Positions 50,052 through 60,780 of a DNA stretch of 64,000 nt are shown here, one piece after another. The notes beneath the pieces are model-generated. The model saw only the letters and a list, made by a program, of their open reading frames with translations, was not told where the DNA came from and searched no databases. Position 1 is the stretch's first letter. Each line of letters starts with the position of its first letter. Source of the DNA: a bacterium (GTDB taxonomy: Bacteria > Zhuqueibacterota > Zhuqueibacteria > Residuimicrobiales > Krinioviventaceae); assembly GCA_963693055.1 (NCBI GenBank), contig OY843751.1:4320001-4384000 (forward strand), given 5' to 3'. Made by a program: the position numbers and the translations under genes.

Positions 50052-52231
50052 TTTTCGCTGATCACCGAAATAAACTGGTCATCGTATAGATGATTACATT
50101 TAGGGCATTGATAGCCTTTGTGGTCCTCTGTCAAATCGTGTTCGACAAGATACCGGTTGCCGCAATTACGGCACAACATATTTACCGGTTTTTTCCACGC
50201 GGCAAAAGAACAATCAGGATACCTGCTGCATCCGTAAAACAATCGTCCTTTTGATTGCCTTTCTACTACTTTGCCGTCACATCCGTCAACAGGGCAAGAG
50301 ATGTTGAGTGTGTAGGCTTTGGTAAAATCACATTTAGGATACCGGGTGCAAGCCAGAAACCTTCCATATTGTCCCTCTCTGACTGTTAGCGGTGCTCCAC
50401 AGATCTCACATATTTCTTTTTCTTCTTTATTATCAGCCTTATATATATAAACGCAGCTTGCAGGGTAATGTTCACAAATTATTTTATTATCGTCACCGTG
50501 TAGCAATTTGCCTCCGCACAACGGACAAGCACTTTTCCCATCTGCGCCAATTGTTACAGGGGCTTGAACAGAACCACCATGTTCAAAAAGTTTACTGTAA
50601 CTGTTTATAAACACCTCTATTGTTTGTTTACCAGACGCCACAGTTCGGATCGAATTATCCAGCTGCAAAACTATACCGGTATTGATATAGCCTGAATACT
50701 TTAATAACAAGGCATTTATGGCATAAAATCCCTTCGCTGAAGGATAAAGTCCGGATCTCTTTCGTTCAAGCATTTGAATTGCAAAAAGCATGCCCGAATG
50801 ATATAAATATTCATAAATAGAACCTGTCCCGGATGCCAGCCACAAGTGCAGCATTTCAGGCTCTGAATATCTATTTGATATTTCGGATTGATGGGTTTGA
50901 ATGTCAAAATCTACAACCTCAAGCTCCTTACCCGTGTTCCAGGTATCTGGTATTTTTACAACCTCACGAACATTAGATTTTTCAGGAAGAACCTGTCGAA
51001 AGCCCCGAAACAGGTCTGTTTCATACTCGTACTCGCAAATACAAGGGTCTTCTTTATCATCACTGACAGAGATTGTAGTAATCTCTGAAACGGATTTTGA
51101 CATTTGTGAAGCAATATAACGATGCCAAATCATAGAATAGATGTCATATTGCTGCTCGGTAAGGTGCTTTTTCAGTTTGCGTGGAGTCATCCGCAAATCA
51201 AGGGGACGTATAGCTTCCCCTTCCGGATGATGACGGTTTTGCTTATATGCGCTTTGCGGTAGGTAATCTGTTCCATAATTGTTATAAATATATTCCCGAA
51301 GCTCTGCAATACTTTCGGGCTTTACAAAATCGGAAACTGAAAGATAATACGTTATCAAGCTAATGGGCTCATCGCCCCCCATTCTCACACCTTTGTACAA
51401 TTTATCAAGAATCTTGACGCTATGGGCTACAGAGTGCTTGAAAAACTCCTGGGCATCTGCCAACAAGGTCTGCGTTGTATAGGGCTTTGGGGGTGGTGTT
51501 TGGTTTTGCCGGGTTTGAATATTTCGGATCTTAAACTCACCATTCTTGACTTGTGATACCATGGCTTTTGCAAGCTGTACATTTCGCACATCCTGCTCTT
51601 CTTTACCAATTTTAACAATCTGAAAATCTAGATTCTTTTTCCCTCTGACCTTGAAACGTACTGAAATTTGATAATGGCGGTGTACCTTTTCGCTTTCAAC
51701 CTCGGTCTCTTTTTCATATAAAAAGCGTAAAAGCAGGGCCTGCTTAATGTGGGTAAGCTCTTTTATCCCCTTAACGGCTTTTATTTTTAAAAACTCGTTG
51801 TGCAATAAACGGTTTGCCCAATAATCCGCGCATTCCGCATAAAACAAATCCGGAGTTACTGCTTTGATCTTTTTCAATTCATTGTTCAAAAACAGGGCCG
51901 TATTCTGATACATTTTGACTCTGACGATCTTTTTATAAGTACCGTCAAACAATAACGCAAGTAATCCCGCTAAAAAATCACTATCATTCCCAGGATCCAC
52001 AACCAGAACAATTGTATGAAAAGCTTGAGCAAAATCAAAAAGGGGGTTGAATATATCTAATGCCGATTCAAGCAACCGGACGGATGAATTCGAAAAATCA
52101 ACATTCTGTTGAATAAATTCATTACGATTTATTTTTTTCAAAAACTTGTAATCTTGAAAAACCGTAAATCCATTTATTGTCAACAGATCATAGCGATTTT
52201 TAGAATCAACTACAACAAGCGTTTTTTGCAT
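50048..52231 (-). CDS. topA: type IA topoisomerase (TopA)-like protein with degenerate catalytic motifs and intact C-terminal zinc ribbons
   Basis: PPKPYTT, LITY, EAIRP, IWHRYIASQM, GRFLACTRYPKC, FYGCSRYPDC; smg-topA-xerC synteny. Confidence 0.8.
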   Translation of the reverse strand: MQKTLVVVDSKNRYDLLTINGFTVFQDYKFLKKINRNEFIQQNVDFSNSSVRLLESALDIFNPLFDFAQAFHTIVLVVDPGNDSDFLAGLLALLFDGTYKKIVRVKMYQNTALFLNNELKKIKAVTPDLFYAECADYWANRLLHNEFLKIKAVKGIKELTHIKQALLLRFLYEKETEVESEKVHRHYQISVRFKVRGKKNLDFQIVKIGKEEQDVRNVQLAKAMVSQVKNGEFKIRNIQTRQNQTPPPKPYTTQTLLADAQEFFKHSVAHSVKILDKLYKGVRMGGDEPISLITYYLSVSDFVKPESIAELREYIYNNYGTDYLPQSAYKQNRHHPEGEAIRPLDLRMTPRKLKKHLTEQQYDIYSMIWHRYIASQMSKSVSEITTISVSDDKEDPCICEYEYETDLFRGFRQVLPEKSNVREVVKIPDTWNTGKELEVVDFDIQTHQSEISNRYSEPEMLHLWLASGTGSIYEYLYHSGMLFAIQMLERKRSGLYPSAKGFYAINALLLKYSGYINTGIVLQLDNSIRTVASGKQTIEVFINSYSKLFEHGGSVQAPVTIGADGKSACPLCGGKLLHGDDNKIICEHYPASCVYIYKADNKEEKEICEICGAPLTVREGQYGRFLACTRYPKCDFTKAYTLNISCPVDGCDGKVVERQSKGRLFYGCSRYPDCSFAAWKKPVNMLCRNCGNRYLVEHDLTEDHKGYQCPKCNHLYDDQFISVISEK

Positions 52232-52271
52232 AAATATCCCTAAGAGCCTAAAAGGGGGATTTCAGGAGAAA

Positions 52272-52739
52272 TCAGTGTGGCAGCATGTTGGAATTAAACT
52301 GGAAATAACCATCAGAAGCACTGTTTTCAAAATCCAATACTACCGCGGCAATTAAATCCTGCATTTCTTTAACATCAATACTTGCAAGTTGTAAACTTAC
52401 TGCGCGCTCTATGATCAGCTCCATCATATCGTCAGTAACCAGTTCCAGTTCACGTAATTGAAACAGGTACCCATACGCCTCGGGAGAGATTATCTCTTTT
52501 TCAATCTCATTCAACTCTCTCCAGATCGGCCGGGGAATATCCGAAGGATGCCCTTTTATGATCCGGTCTATACTTTCCCCATGGTTTAACAACCAGGACA
52601 TGGCCGTAGAGATTTCTTCATCACTAAAGCCCTGTTCCGATAATATATCTAAAATCAATTGTAAGTCTATTTCTCCAAAAGCGTTGTCACGAATCTCTTT
52701 CATCACAAAACTCAGGATATCCAAAAACCTTTTGTTCAT
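52272..52739 (-). CDS. smg: Smg/DUF494 family protein
   Basis: GFSDEEISTAMSWL, ISPEAYGYL, ELIIERA; upstream of topA. Confidence 0.75.
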   Translation of the reverse strand: MNKRFLDILSFVMKEIRDNAFGEIDLQLILDILSEQGFSDEEISTAMSWLLNHGESIDRIIKGHPSDIPRPIWRELNEIEKEIISPEAYGYLFQLRELELVTDDMMELIIERAVSLQLASIDVKEMQDLIAAVVLDFENSASDGYFQFNSNMLPH

Positions 52740-52910
52740 CCAGGTTCACTCCGCGTGCTTGTTTCATTATCCGAATATACAATTTTTTCATACAAATGCA
52801 AGTGATTGTTCTGGCTTTTTTTTATCAATAACAGAACCATCACAAGCAATCGCACGAAAACAATATTTCAATCTTGTCCTTTGTGTATTTCTAACACAAA
52901 TTTATTCTCA

Positions 52911-55900
52911 TTAATTGCCTTTGCCACAGCAATTTTTATATTTTTTTCCACTTCCACAGGGACAAGGCTCGTTTCTACCAACTTTATTGGTATTAATCAC
53001 CTGACGTTGCTTTCCTGCCGGACGTCCCGGTGTGGGCTGGGCCTGTGCTTTACCTTTTGGTGGAGCCATTACCTGTTTAAACAGTTCTACCTGAGAATGA
53101 GAAGTAGATACCTTTTGCGGTTCAGAACGTCTCATTTCCCGCTCTTCAAGCTCACCGCCAACATCCAGTACGCGGAAAAGAGTGCTTACAATATCTCTGT
53201 TTGTACTGTCAATCATTTTCACAAACATTTTATAAGCTTCACTCTTGTACTCGATCAATGGATCTTTTTGTCCGTAACCACGCAAACCAATACCTTCACG
53301 CAGCTCATCAACACCACTCAAATGCTGACGCCAGTTTTCATCGATTTTTTCAAGGATATAATACCGCTCGTATCTGGCTACCATAGATTCGCCAATCTCA
53401 TCCACACGGCGGCGGTAAATGCTTTGCGCCCAACTACTCAGCGTATTCATCACCGTATTGGGATCCATTGCCTCACCGCTTTCATCATGCAGGCGTGGTG
53501 ATTGTCTGAATACCAGACGGCATTCCGATTCCAAACGACGAATCTGGGTTGCATCAAGATCGTCATTATTACCCAGCACACCGCTAATCATTTGATAGAT
53601 TGTATCATCAATCATGGTTAATACAGAATCAAAAACAATATCTGTACTAAGCCGCTCCTGATGGTAACGCTCAACCCGGTCTGCATAGGTCTTGTAGAAA
53701 CTTAAACCCCATGCAACCAGTTCTTCACGATAAGAGTTTAATGCTTCACGCTCACGAGATGCCGGTAGAATCTTGTCCGGTTTACCCATAAACATATTCT
53801 GAAAACTTGATGCCAGCAATTGTTGTGTTGATTCGGCATCTTTATTTTCTTTGATTACATTTTCAAACCGTGCTATAATTGAAGATTCTATCAATTCTTC
53901 AATGGATGTATTGGCAAGCAACAATTGGTTATATACGGTAATATTTTCTCGCAAGTGTTCCAAATAGGTATTTCTTGCCCACCGCATTGTCTGGCTAACA
54001 AGGTCAGGCCAGTCTTTTAATGCCTCAGCAGGTTTAAATGCTTCTCCAAATACACTCTGCAAAAACTCTGCCTGTTTTTCTTCCAGTTCCAAAACATCAC
54101 GGCTATGATATGCCGATGCCTGTATAAAACTATGTTCAACCACTGCATTAATATATTGTACAGATGAAAAATAACCCAGAATTCGGTTCCGGTACAACAT
54201 TTCATCTTTACCAGCAATTGCCAGGCCGTCAAGCCATTCCTGAACTTTTTTTATAACTTTTTCACGTCGAATGGTGCGCATTTCATTTTCACCAATGGGA
54301 GGACGCTGCATAAATATCTTTTCCAGATCACTCAAAAAGTTTTCCGAATTCCAGGTTGCCGCTGGCGCGTCAATTGGTAAATGACGGTTAACCAAACCAT
54401 TTACATAAATTTCCAGAAAAGTGTTCAACGGAATGGTTTTAAAAAGAATACTATCTATTGCTTTTTGCCCGTTTTCTACCTGAGAATTATAAACAGATGC
54501 AGCCCATTCTTTTAACCTTGATTCAAAAACATCAGCAGTATCAATATTGCTATTCTCAAGCCAATCTGGTTTCTGCTCAAAAATACGCTCCATCTCATAA
54601 CCAATGCCCGAGATATTCCATTTTGAAATATCTCGGGTACCAGCGTTATGCAGTCTTATTTTCAACAATACCAGCTCATCTATAATATCTTGAATATTAC
54701 AATACCCGGTAATACGGTGACGCTCCTGCATTTGATAGAGGTGGCGCTGTTCTTTCAACTTTTCATCAACCCAGGTTCTCAAAGTCTCCCGAACACCACT
54801 AACATCCTGGCTTTCAAGTTCAGATTTGGTAAAATCAGGTTCTGCACCAAAATACCGTTTCAGATTTTCAAACAATTCATCCAGTTTCCAGGTTGAACGA
54901 TCATCTTCTTCATCAATAAAGCGTTTGATCTTGGCTTCTACAAAATCTTCCGGCTGTGCAAAACCCAGCAGGTTTTGTCGTCGTTTATATATAATCTTTC
55001 TTTGTTCATTCAATACGTCATCATAATCCAGCAAATGCTTACGAATTTCAAAGTTGCGTTCTTCAACTTTTTTCTGAGCGCGTTCAATGGATTTTGTGAT
55101 CATAGAGTGCTCAATGCGCTCTCCCTCATCCATACTGCCTAAACGACTCATAATATTTGTAATGCGGTCAGAACCAAACAGACGCATGAGATCATCTTCC
55201 AATGACAGATAAAAACGTGAAGAACCCGGATCTCCCTGACGTCCCGCACGACCACGTAACTGCCGGTCAATTCGGCGGGCTTCATGCTTTTCAGAACCAA
55301 TGATCTGTAAACCACCTTTTTCAATTACATCTCTGGTAAGCTTGATATCCGTACCACGACCCGCCATATTGGTCGCAATGGTTATGGATCCCGGTAGACC
55401 TGCTTTGGCAACAATTTCAGCTTCGTTTTTATGATATTTGGCATTCAATACCGTATGAAAGCGTCCCGATTCCAGCTCTTTGGTAACATCACCCTTTTTC
55501 AGCCAGTTGGCAACAGGAATACCGCGCTGGGTAAACAAATTACTCAGATGCTGAGAAACATCAACGGAAACCGTACCAATCAGAACCGGTAGTCCTTTTT
55601 CATGATACTCTATGGTATCTTTAATGATTGCATCATACTTTTCAGCCTTTGTTCGATAGATCACATCATTCATATCATCACGAATAACCGGCCTATTGGT
55701 TGGCGCAACAATAACATCCAGGTTGTAGGTACTGTAAAATTCCTGCGCTTCTGTTTCGGCAGTACCAGTCATACCTGCCAGTTTATTATATAATCTAAAG
55801 AAATTCTGCAATGTAATGGTAGCCAGTGTCTGGCTTTCTGCCTGCACTTCTACACCTTCTTTAGCTTCCAACGCTTCATGCAAACCGTCACTAAAACGGC

Positions 55901-58900
55901 GTCCCGGCATTAAACGACCGGTAAACTGATCAACAATCATAACCGCTTTATTACCACGTTTTGCACCGGTACGTCTTAATTCATTGTCTTCCACTGCCTT
56001 GACCACATACTCGACATCATTATGATACAATGTATATGCCCGCAGCAACTGGGATATATTTTGCACGCGTTCTTCCACGTGGTTATAATCCTGCCAGATC
56101 TTGTCTCGCTGTTGTTCCAGCATTACCCGTGGACGACGTTCAAAATGGATACGGAACCAGTGTTCAATCTCTTCATTACGCATTACAAAATTCGGCATAT
56201 GTGCGTTAGACAGCAATTCAGTCATCTCGCGATCATCCAAAACAATATGACGTGAACGTAAATGCGTTTTTTCTTTTGGAAGCAAGCCTTGCAGCTCTGC
56301 CCGACTGCCGGCTTTTTTGGTACTTAGCTGCATAATCTCATCACGAAAACTCTGATACTCGTCCCGGTAATTGAAATAAGGTAATCCGCCAATCAACAAA
56401 GTACGGGCAGCTTTTTCAATGCCTTTGGGTATTTTATTTTCATCCAAAACAAACAATGCATCAACATCCACATTCGGATCGCTTGCAGCTTCTTTTAATT
56501 TATCTACAACCTGACTGCGCTCAAAAAACAGACCCTGCAAATTCTTGCGGCCGTTTTCAGTCAATCCTGTAATATTGACAGTCTTAAAAACGGGGTCCTC
56601 CGGATGCAAGGTACCACTAAACTGGAAATACCTGCGAAGCCAGCGCTGGCGCTCTGTAAGGGTTTGATCAGTATCTGCCAGGTTTGTAAAAATCATCTGT
56701 ATCGTTTCATTGAGGCGCTCAACCTCTTCAAACCGACGTGAAGCACTGATAATCTCTGCAGGCAAGTTGAATTTATCCTGCAGATGTGCATCCAGCTTTA
56801 GCTTGTTAGACAGTTCATTTTTACCGGTATCACGGCTCCAGGATTTAATTTCTTTATCTACATCGGCAAAATTCGCGCCCATCAAGCGTTCCAATTCAGC
56901 GTCTGCCAATCCGGCCACATGTCCATTCGCTTCAGTTTTAAAAATAGCCTCGGGCTTGTCTTTATAATCACCCAGATGTTTTTCAAAGTGACGTATTACG
57001 GTTTTACTTTCACTACTGAAATTTGAAAGGCATTCAACACCCAGGGAGGTTATATCAAACCTGCCGGTTTCCATAACATAAAAATCATTATTTTTAGGAT
57101 CTTCAAGGGTTTGAATATGTTCATAAAGTGCTGTTACATCTCTATCCATATCTTCTACAGCAAGAACATGAGCAGAATAATCATAATCTGCCTGGTTCAA
57201 AGTATCATCCAACTGCTTTTGGATCTGCTGGTCACGTTCTTCAACCAGGGTTCTGTCAGGCAGTACATACAGATCAGGATTACCACCAAGCAGAGCAATA
57301 CGGCCTTTTTCAGTAATTTGATTTAAAACAGCGCCATTGTCTTTTAACTCGAAATATTCCTGCTTGATATTTTCAATAGAGGTTAAATCTTGCGTTGAGG
57401 CAGGATTAAGAAGCGCAATCAATCCATTAACAGTAGGCAGCAGCATAGGATCGCCAGATTTTTGCATAGCCAATACCGCCAGTTTACCTTCTTGGGTCAA
57501 ACCGGTAATTGCGCCAAACTGTTTTTCAGTTTCAAAAAAGACGTCGGTTAATTCTCTTCTTCTGTCAACAAGCGGACGCTTCATAACCGGTTCAGCATCT
57601 ACGTCTGCTTCTTCTCGCACCATATCTAAAAGCTTTACAAAAGCATCTACAATAGCTTCATCATATTTACCGTTTGCATTGGATTTCAGAAAATCAATTC
57701 CCGTAGATGACATGCTGTTTACAGCCCTGTCCATCTTTTTGGTCATACCATAAAACTGCCGCCATACAGAGGCCTTGTCACCTTTATTATTTTGCAAACG
57801 AGTATTAATTTCTTCAGGTAAATTATTCAATTGAAGAGAAAGCTGCTCAATGGGTTCAAATTCAGACTCGGTAACCCCGGATTGTATACCAATAAGCGCG
57901 GCTTTACCCGCAAGAGTCAATCCGTTACAGGTACCGGTAATGGAATCATGTGTAAAATAGATGGAACGGTTCTTTTGCTCGCTGATTTTCTCAAGCGTTG
58001 CGCTCAATACATCCAGTTTTTGAATTTTATGAACAATATCCTGGTCGCGGCCGCCCGAGAGGAAAATACGTCCCTTTTCGGTAATATCTATAACATGGCT
58101 CTTTTCATCAATGGTGAAATACAAATCCGCATCAACTTCACCCATTTGCTTGTTTACTTCATATTGGCCCTGAATTCGTTCAATCAATTTCTTGACCCAA
58201 AATTCCGAAGTCAGCAGTTCCAACAGTTCTTTGTTTTTAGGATCTCCACGATGGACCTGAAGAATTTTGATTCCTGCTTGTTCTTCATCGTTCTCGAGCA
58301 ACTCTTTGCCTTCACGCAACAGTTGTTGCACCAGCTCGTTCTGTCGTTTAGCCAGGTTCTCTACAGTGGGTTTTAATTCTTTATAAATATTCTTGGGTGC
58401 TCCAACAGCTCCCGATATAATCAATGGTGTTCTGGCTTCATCAATCAAAACACTGTCCACTTCATCTACAATTGCGTAATGTAAGGGTCGCTGCACAACA
58501 GACCAAACATCCTGAGACATATTATCACGCAAATAATCAAATCCAAATTCGTTATTGGTACCATACGTAATATCCGCATGATAAGCCGCGCGGCGTTCTT
58601 CTGGAGATTGATCTCCAAAAATTGCAGCTACCGTTAATCCCAAAAACTTGTAAATTTCGCCCATCCATTCACAGTCACGTTGGGCCAGATAATCATTAAC
58701 AGTGATAAGATGCACACCCTTGCCTTCTAACGCATTCAGATACAAAGGCATAGAGGCTACAAGGGTTTTACCTTCACCTGTTGCCATTTCAGCAATTTTC
58801 CCATCATGCAGTATCATACCACCCAATATCTGCACATCATAAGGAATCATGTCCCATTCTATTTCCTGCCCGCGAACCATCCATTTTTTACCGCGCAACC

Positions 58901-59141
58901 GTCTACAGGTATCTTTAACAACGGCAAAAGCTTCGGGTAAAATATCATCAAGGGTTTCCCCCATACGTAATCTATATTTAAACTCGTTGGTTTTCGCTTT
59001 TAATTCATCATCAGATAGATGCTCATATTCTTTTGCATAGTCATTCACCGTAGCAACTAATGGCTCTAACCGTTTAACTTCACGTTCGGTGCTTGTGCCT
59101 CCCATAACTTTGGAAAGCATTTTTTCAATAGACTTTAACAT
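52911..59141 (-). CDS. secA: giant preprotein translocase SecA (2076 aa)
   Basis: [69 protein letters not shown]-terminal [19 protein letters not shown]. Confidence 0.97.
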   Translation of the reverse strand: MLKSIEKMLSKVMGGTSTEREVKRLEPLVATVNDYAKEYEHLSDDELKAKTNEFKYRLRMGETLDDILPEAFAVVKDTCRRLRGKKWMVRGQEIEWDMIPYDVQILGGMILHDGKIAEMATGEGKTLVASMPLYLNALEGKGVHLITVNDYLAQRDCEWMGEIYKFLGLTVAAIFGDQSPEERRAAYHADITYGTNNEFGFDYLRDNMSQDVWSVVQRPLHYAIVDEVDSVLIDEARTPLIISGAVGAPKNIYKELKPTVENLAKRQNELVQQLLREGKELLENDEEQAGIKILQVHRGDPKNKELLELLTSEFWVKKLIERIQGQYEVNKQMGEVDADLYFTIDEKSHVIDITEKGRIFLSGGRDQDIVHKIQKLDVLSATLEKISEQKNRSIYFTHDSITGTCNGLTLAGKAALIGIQSGVTESEFEPIEQLSLQLNNLPEEINTRLQNNKGDKASVWRQFYGMTKKMDRAVNSMSSTGIDFLKSNANGKYDEAIVDAFVKLLDMVREEADVDAEPVMKRPLVDRRRELTDVFFETEKQFGAITGLTQEGKLAVLAMQKSGDPMLLPTVNGLIALLNPASTQDLTSIENIKQEYFELKDNGAVLNQITEKGRIALLGGNPDLYVLPDRTLVEERDQQIQKQLDDTLNQADYDYSAHVLAVEDMDRDVTALYEHIQTLEDPKNNDFYVMETGRFDITSLGVECLSNFSSESKTVIRHFEKHLGDYKDKPEAIFKTEANGHVAGLADAELERLMGANFADVDKEIKSWSRDTGKNELSNKLKLDAHLQDKFNLPAEIISASRRFEEVERLNETIQMIFTNLADTDQTLTERQRWLRRYFQFSGTLHPEDPVFKTVNITGLTENGRKNLQGLFFERSQVVDKLKEAASDPNVDVDALFVLDENKIPKGIEKAARTLLIGGLPYFNYRDEYQSFRDEIMQLSTKKAGSRAELQGLLPKEKTHLRSRHIVLDDREMTELLSNAHMPNFVMRNEEIEHWFRIHFERRPRVMLEQQRDKIWQDYNHVEERVQNISQLLRAYTLYHNDVEYVVKAVEDNELRRTGAKRGNKAVMIVDQFTGRLMPGRRFSDGLHEALEAKEGVEVQAESQTLATITLQNFFRLYNKLAGMTGTAETEAQEFYSTYNLDVIVAPTNRPVIRDDMNDVIYRTKAEKYDAIIKDTIEYHEKGLPVLIGTVSVDVSQHLSNLFTQRGIPVANWLKKGDVTKELESGRFHTVLNAKYHKNEAEIVAKAGLPGSITIATNMAGRGTDIKLTRDVIEKGGLQIIGSEKHEARRIDRQLRGRAGRQGDPGSSRFYLSLEDDLMRLFGSDRITNIMSRLGSMDEGERIEHSMITKSIERAQKKVEERNFEIRKHLLDYDDVLNEQRKIIYKRRQNLLGFAQPEDFVEAKIKRFIDEEDDRSTWKLDELFENLKRYFGAEPDFTKSELESQDVSGVRETLRTWVDEKLKEQRHLYQMQERHRITGYCNIQDIIDELVLLKIRLHNAGTRDISKWNISGIGYEMERIFEQKPDWLENSNIDTADVFESRLKEWAASVYNSQVENGQKAIDSILFKTIPLNTFLEIYVNGLVNRHLPIDAPAATWNSENFLSDLEKIFMQRPPIGENEMRTIRREKVIKKVQEWLDGLAIAGKDEMLYRNRILGYFSSVQYINAVVEHSFIQASAYHSRDVLELEEKQAEFLQSVFGEAFKPAEALKDWPDLVSQTMRWARNTYLEHLRENITVYNQLLLANTSIEELIESSIIARFENVIKENKDAESTQQLLASSFQNMFMGKPDKILPASREREALNSYREELVAWGLSFYKTYADRVERYHQERLSTDIVFDSVLTMIDDTIYQMISGVLGNNDDLDATQIRRLESECRLVFRQSPRLHDESGEAMDPNTVMNTLSSWAQSIYRRRVDEIGESMVARYERYYILEKIDENWRQHLSGVDELREGIGLRGYGQKDPLIEYKSEAYKMFVKMIDSTNRDIVSTLFRVLDVGGELEEREMRRSEPQKVSTSHSQVELFKQVMAPPKGKAQAQPTPGRPAGKQRQVINTNKVGRNEPCPCGSGKKYKNCCGKGN

Positions 59142-59308
59142 TTACAAAATCCTCGTTTATCAAATCTATAAATAATTATACCGGCAATACTTATATGTAT
59201 ACAAACAACACAAGTTTCAAATTTAATGGATTTTAGGCTAAAAATCCAGCAAATTAATTACGCCGGTATTATTTAAATTGGCTGTTATCAAATTAGAGCA
59301 TGGTGGGG

Positions 59309-59830
59309 TTAAGCGGGTAAATCCTGTTTGTCCAGGCATCCTCTACCGGTTTTTTGAATTTTATTGTTCTTTTTCAAACTTTCATAAACAGCATCCAAAA
59401 TCCCGTTAATAAAACCACCGCTCTTGTCCGTACTATACAACTTGGACAGTTCAATCGCTTCATCAATGGAAACTTTGGGGGGGATATCATTAAAATTCAT
59501 AAACTCACAGATCGCAATACGCATAATAATGCGATCAATAATAGCAATACGCTCGAACTTCCAATTGGTAGAATGGTCTCTAATGTTTTGGTCCAAAACT
59601 TCCCTTTGATCAAAAGTTTGACGAATCAATTGTTTTGTAAACTGGGTAATTGTATTATCTACAACATCTTTGCCCAAAACCAGGGTCAAAACCTGTAAAA
59701 CAGAATTACCAGAGAGTTCCAGTGCATATAAACCCTGTAAAGCTGTCTCTCTGGCTTTTCTACGACTTGCGGGGGGTGAAATTAATTCAATTTCATCATT
59801 ATTTTCAATAAACATGGTATAAAAGAACAC
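59309..59830 (-). CDS. nusB: transcription antitermination factor NusB
   Basis: RRKARETALQGLY, DRIIMR, VSIDEAIELSK, FINGILD; true start may be slightly downstream. Confidence 0.93.
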   Translation of the reverse strand: MFFYTMFIENNDEIELISPPASRRKARETALQGLYALELSGNSVLQVLTLVLGKDVVDNTITQFTKQLIRQTFDQREVLDQNIRDHSTNWKFERIAIIDRIIMRIAICEFMNFNDIPPKVSIDEAIELSKLYSTDKSGGFINGILDAVYESLKKNNKIQKTGRGCLDKQDLPA

Positions 59831-59832
59831 CT

Positions 59833-60762
59833 TTATAAAGTTATAAAATCATGCCAATTGTAAATATCATCACACTCGCCGTTGATATATTCAAAATAGC
59901 GTTTCTGTATCTTTTCAGTAATTTCTCCCCTGCTTCCACTGCCAACGGTAATTCTATCAACAGAACGGACCGGGGTAATTTCTGCGGCAGTACCGGAGAA
60001 GAATATTTCATCAGCAAGGTACAGCATTTCACGAGGTATTTTGGTTTCCACTACAGGAATATCCAATTCTTTTGCAATGGTAAATACACAATCGCGGGTA
60101 ATACCCAACAAAATGCTAGAGTGTATTGCCGGAGTATAAATCACGCCATCACGGATCACATAAACGTTTTCTCCGCTGCCCTCACTTACATAACCCTGAA
60201 CATCAAGCCCAATACCTTCAGAAAAACCGGCCTGGGTTGCTTCGGTTTTAATCAGTTGAGAGTTCATATAATTAGAACCAGCCTTGGCCATAGAAGGCAT
60301 TGTGTTGGGTGCCAGTCGGTTCCAGCTCGAAACAGCAACATCCACACCATTAACAATAGCGTCTTCTCCCAGATAACGTCCCCAATTCAGGCCGCCTATT
60401 ATCACTTCTACCGGGCACTTGGAAGCATCCACACCCAGACTGTGATATCCACGGTAAACAAGCGGACGTACATAAGCAGATTCAAATTTATTTACTTTGA
60501 TAGTTTCTTTACATGCCTCTACAATTTCTTCTTGTGAAAAGGGAATAGGCATACGATATATTTTTGCAGAATCAAACAATCGTCTGATATGTTCTTTTAA
60601 TCTAAAAATACTGGGACCGTTTGGTGTCTTGTAACAACGCATGCCTTCAAAAACACTGGTTCCATAATGCAGAACATGAGACATAACATGGACATTTGCA
60701 TCTTTCCACGCAACAAACTCACCATTCATCCATATTTTGCCCTGTTCATCTCTGGGATCCAT
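59833..60762 (-). CDS. ilvE: branched-chain amino acid aminotransferase
   Basis: LHYGTSVFEG, AKAGSNY, EGSGEN, LLGITR, GTAAE. Confidence 0.96.
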   Translation of the reverse strand: MDPRDEQGKIWMNGEFVAWKDANVHVMSHVLHYGTSVFEGMRCYKTPNGPSIFRLKEHIRRLFDSAKIYRMPIPFSQEEIVEACKETIKVNKFESAYVRPLVYRGYHSLGVDASKCPVEVIIGGLNWGRYLGEDAIVNGVDVAVSSWNRLAPNTMPSMAKAGSNYMNSQLIKTEATQAGFSEGIGLDVQGYVSEGSGENVYVIRDGVIYTPAIHSSILLGITRDCVFTIAKELDIPVVETKIPREMLYLADEIFFSGTAAEITPVRSVDRITVGSGSRGEITEKIQKRYFEYINGECDDIYNWHDFITL

Positions 60763-60780
60763 AATACCCTCCTAAAAAAA

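Noticed and set aside
52911-59141. Inteins as the cause of the SecA length
   Set aside because: No Cys/Ser...His-Asn splice junctions or LAGLIDADG motifs are visible; the inserts repeat SecA's own motifs.
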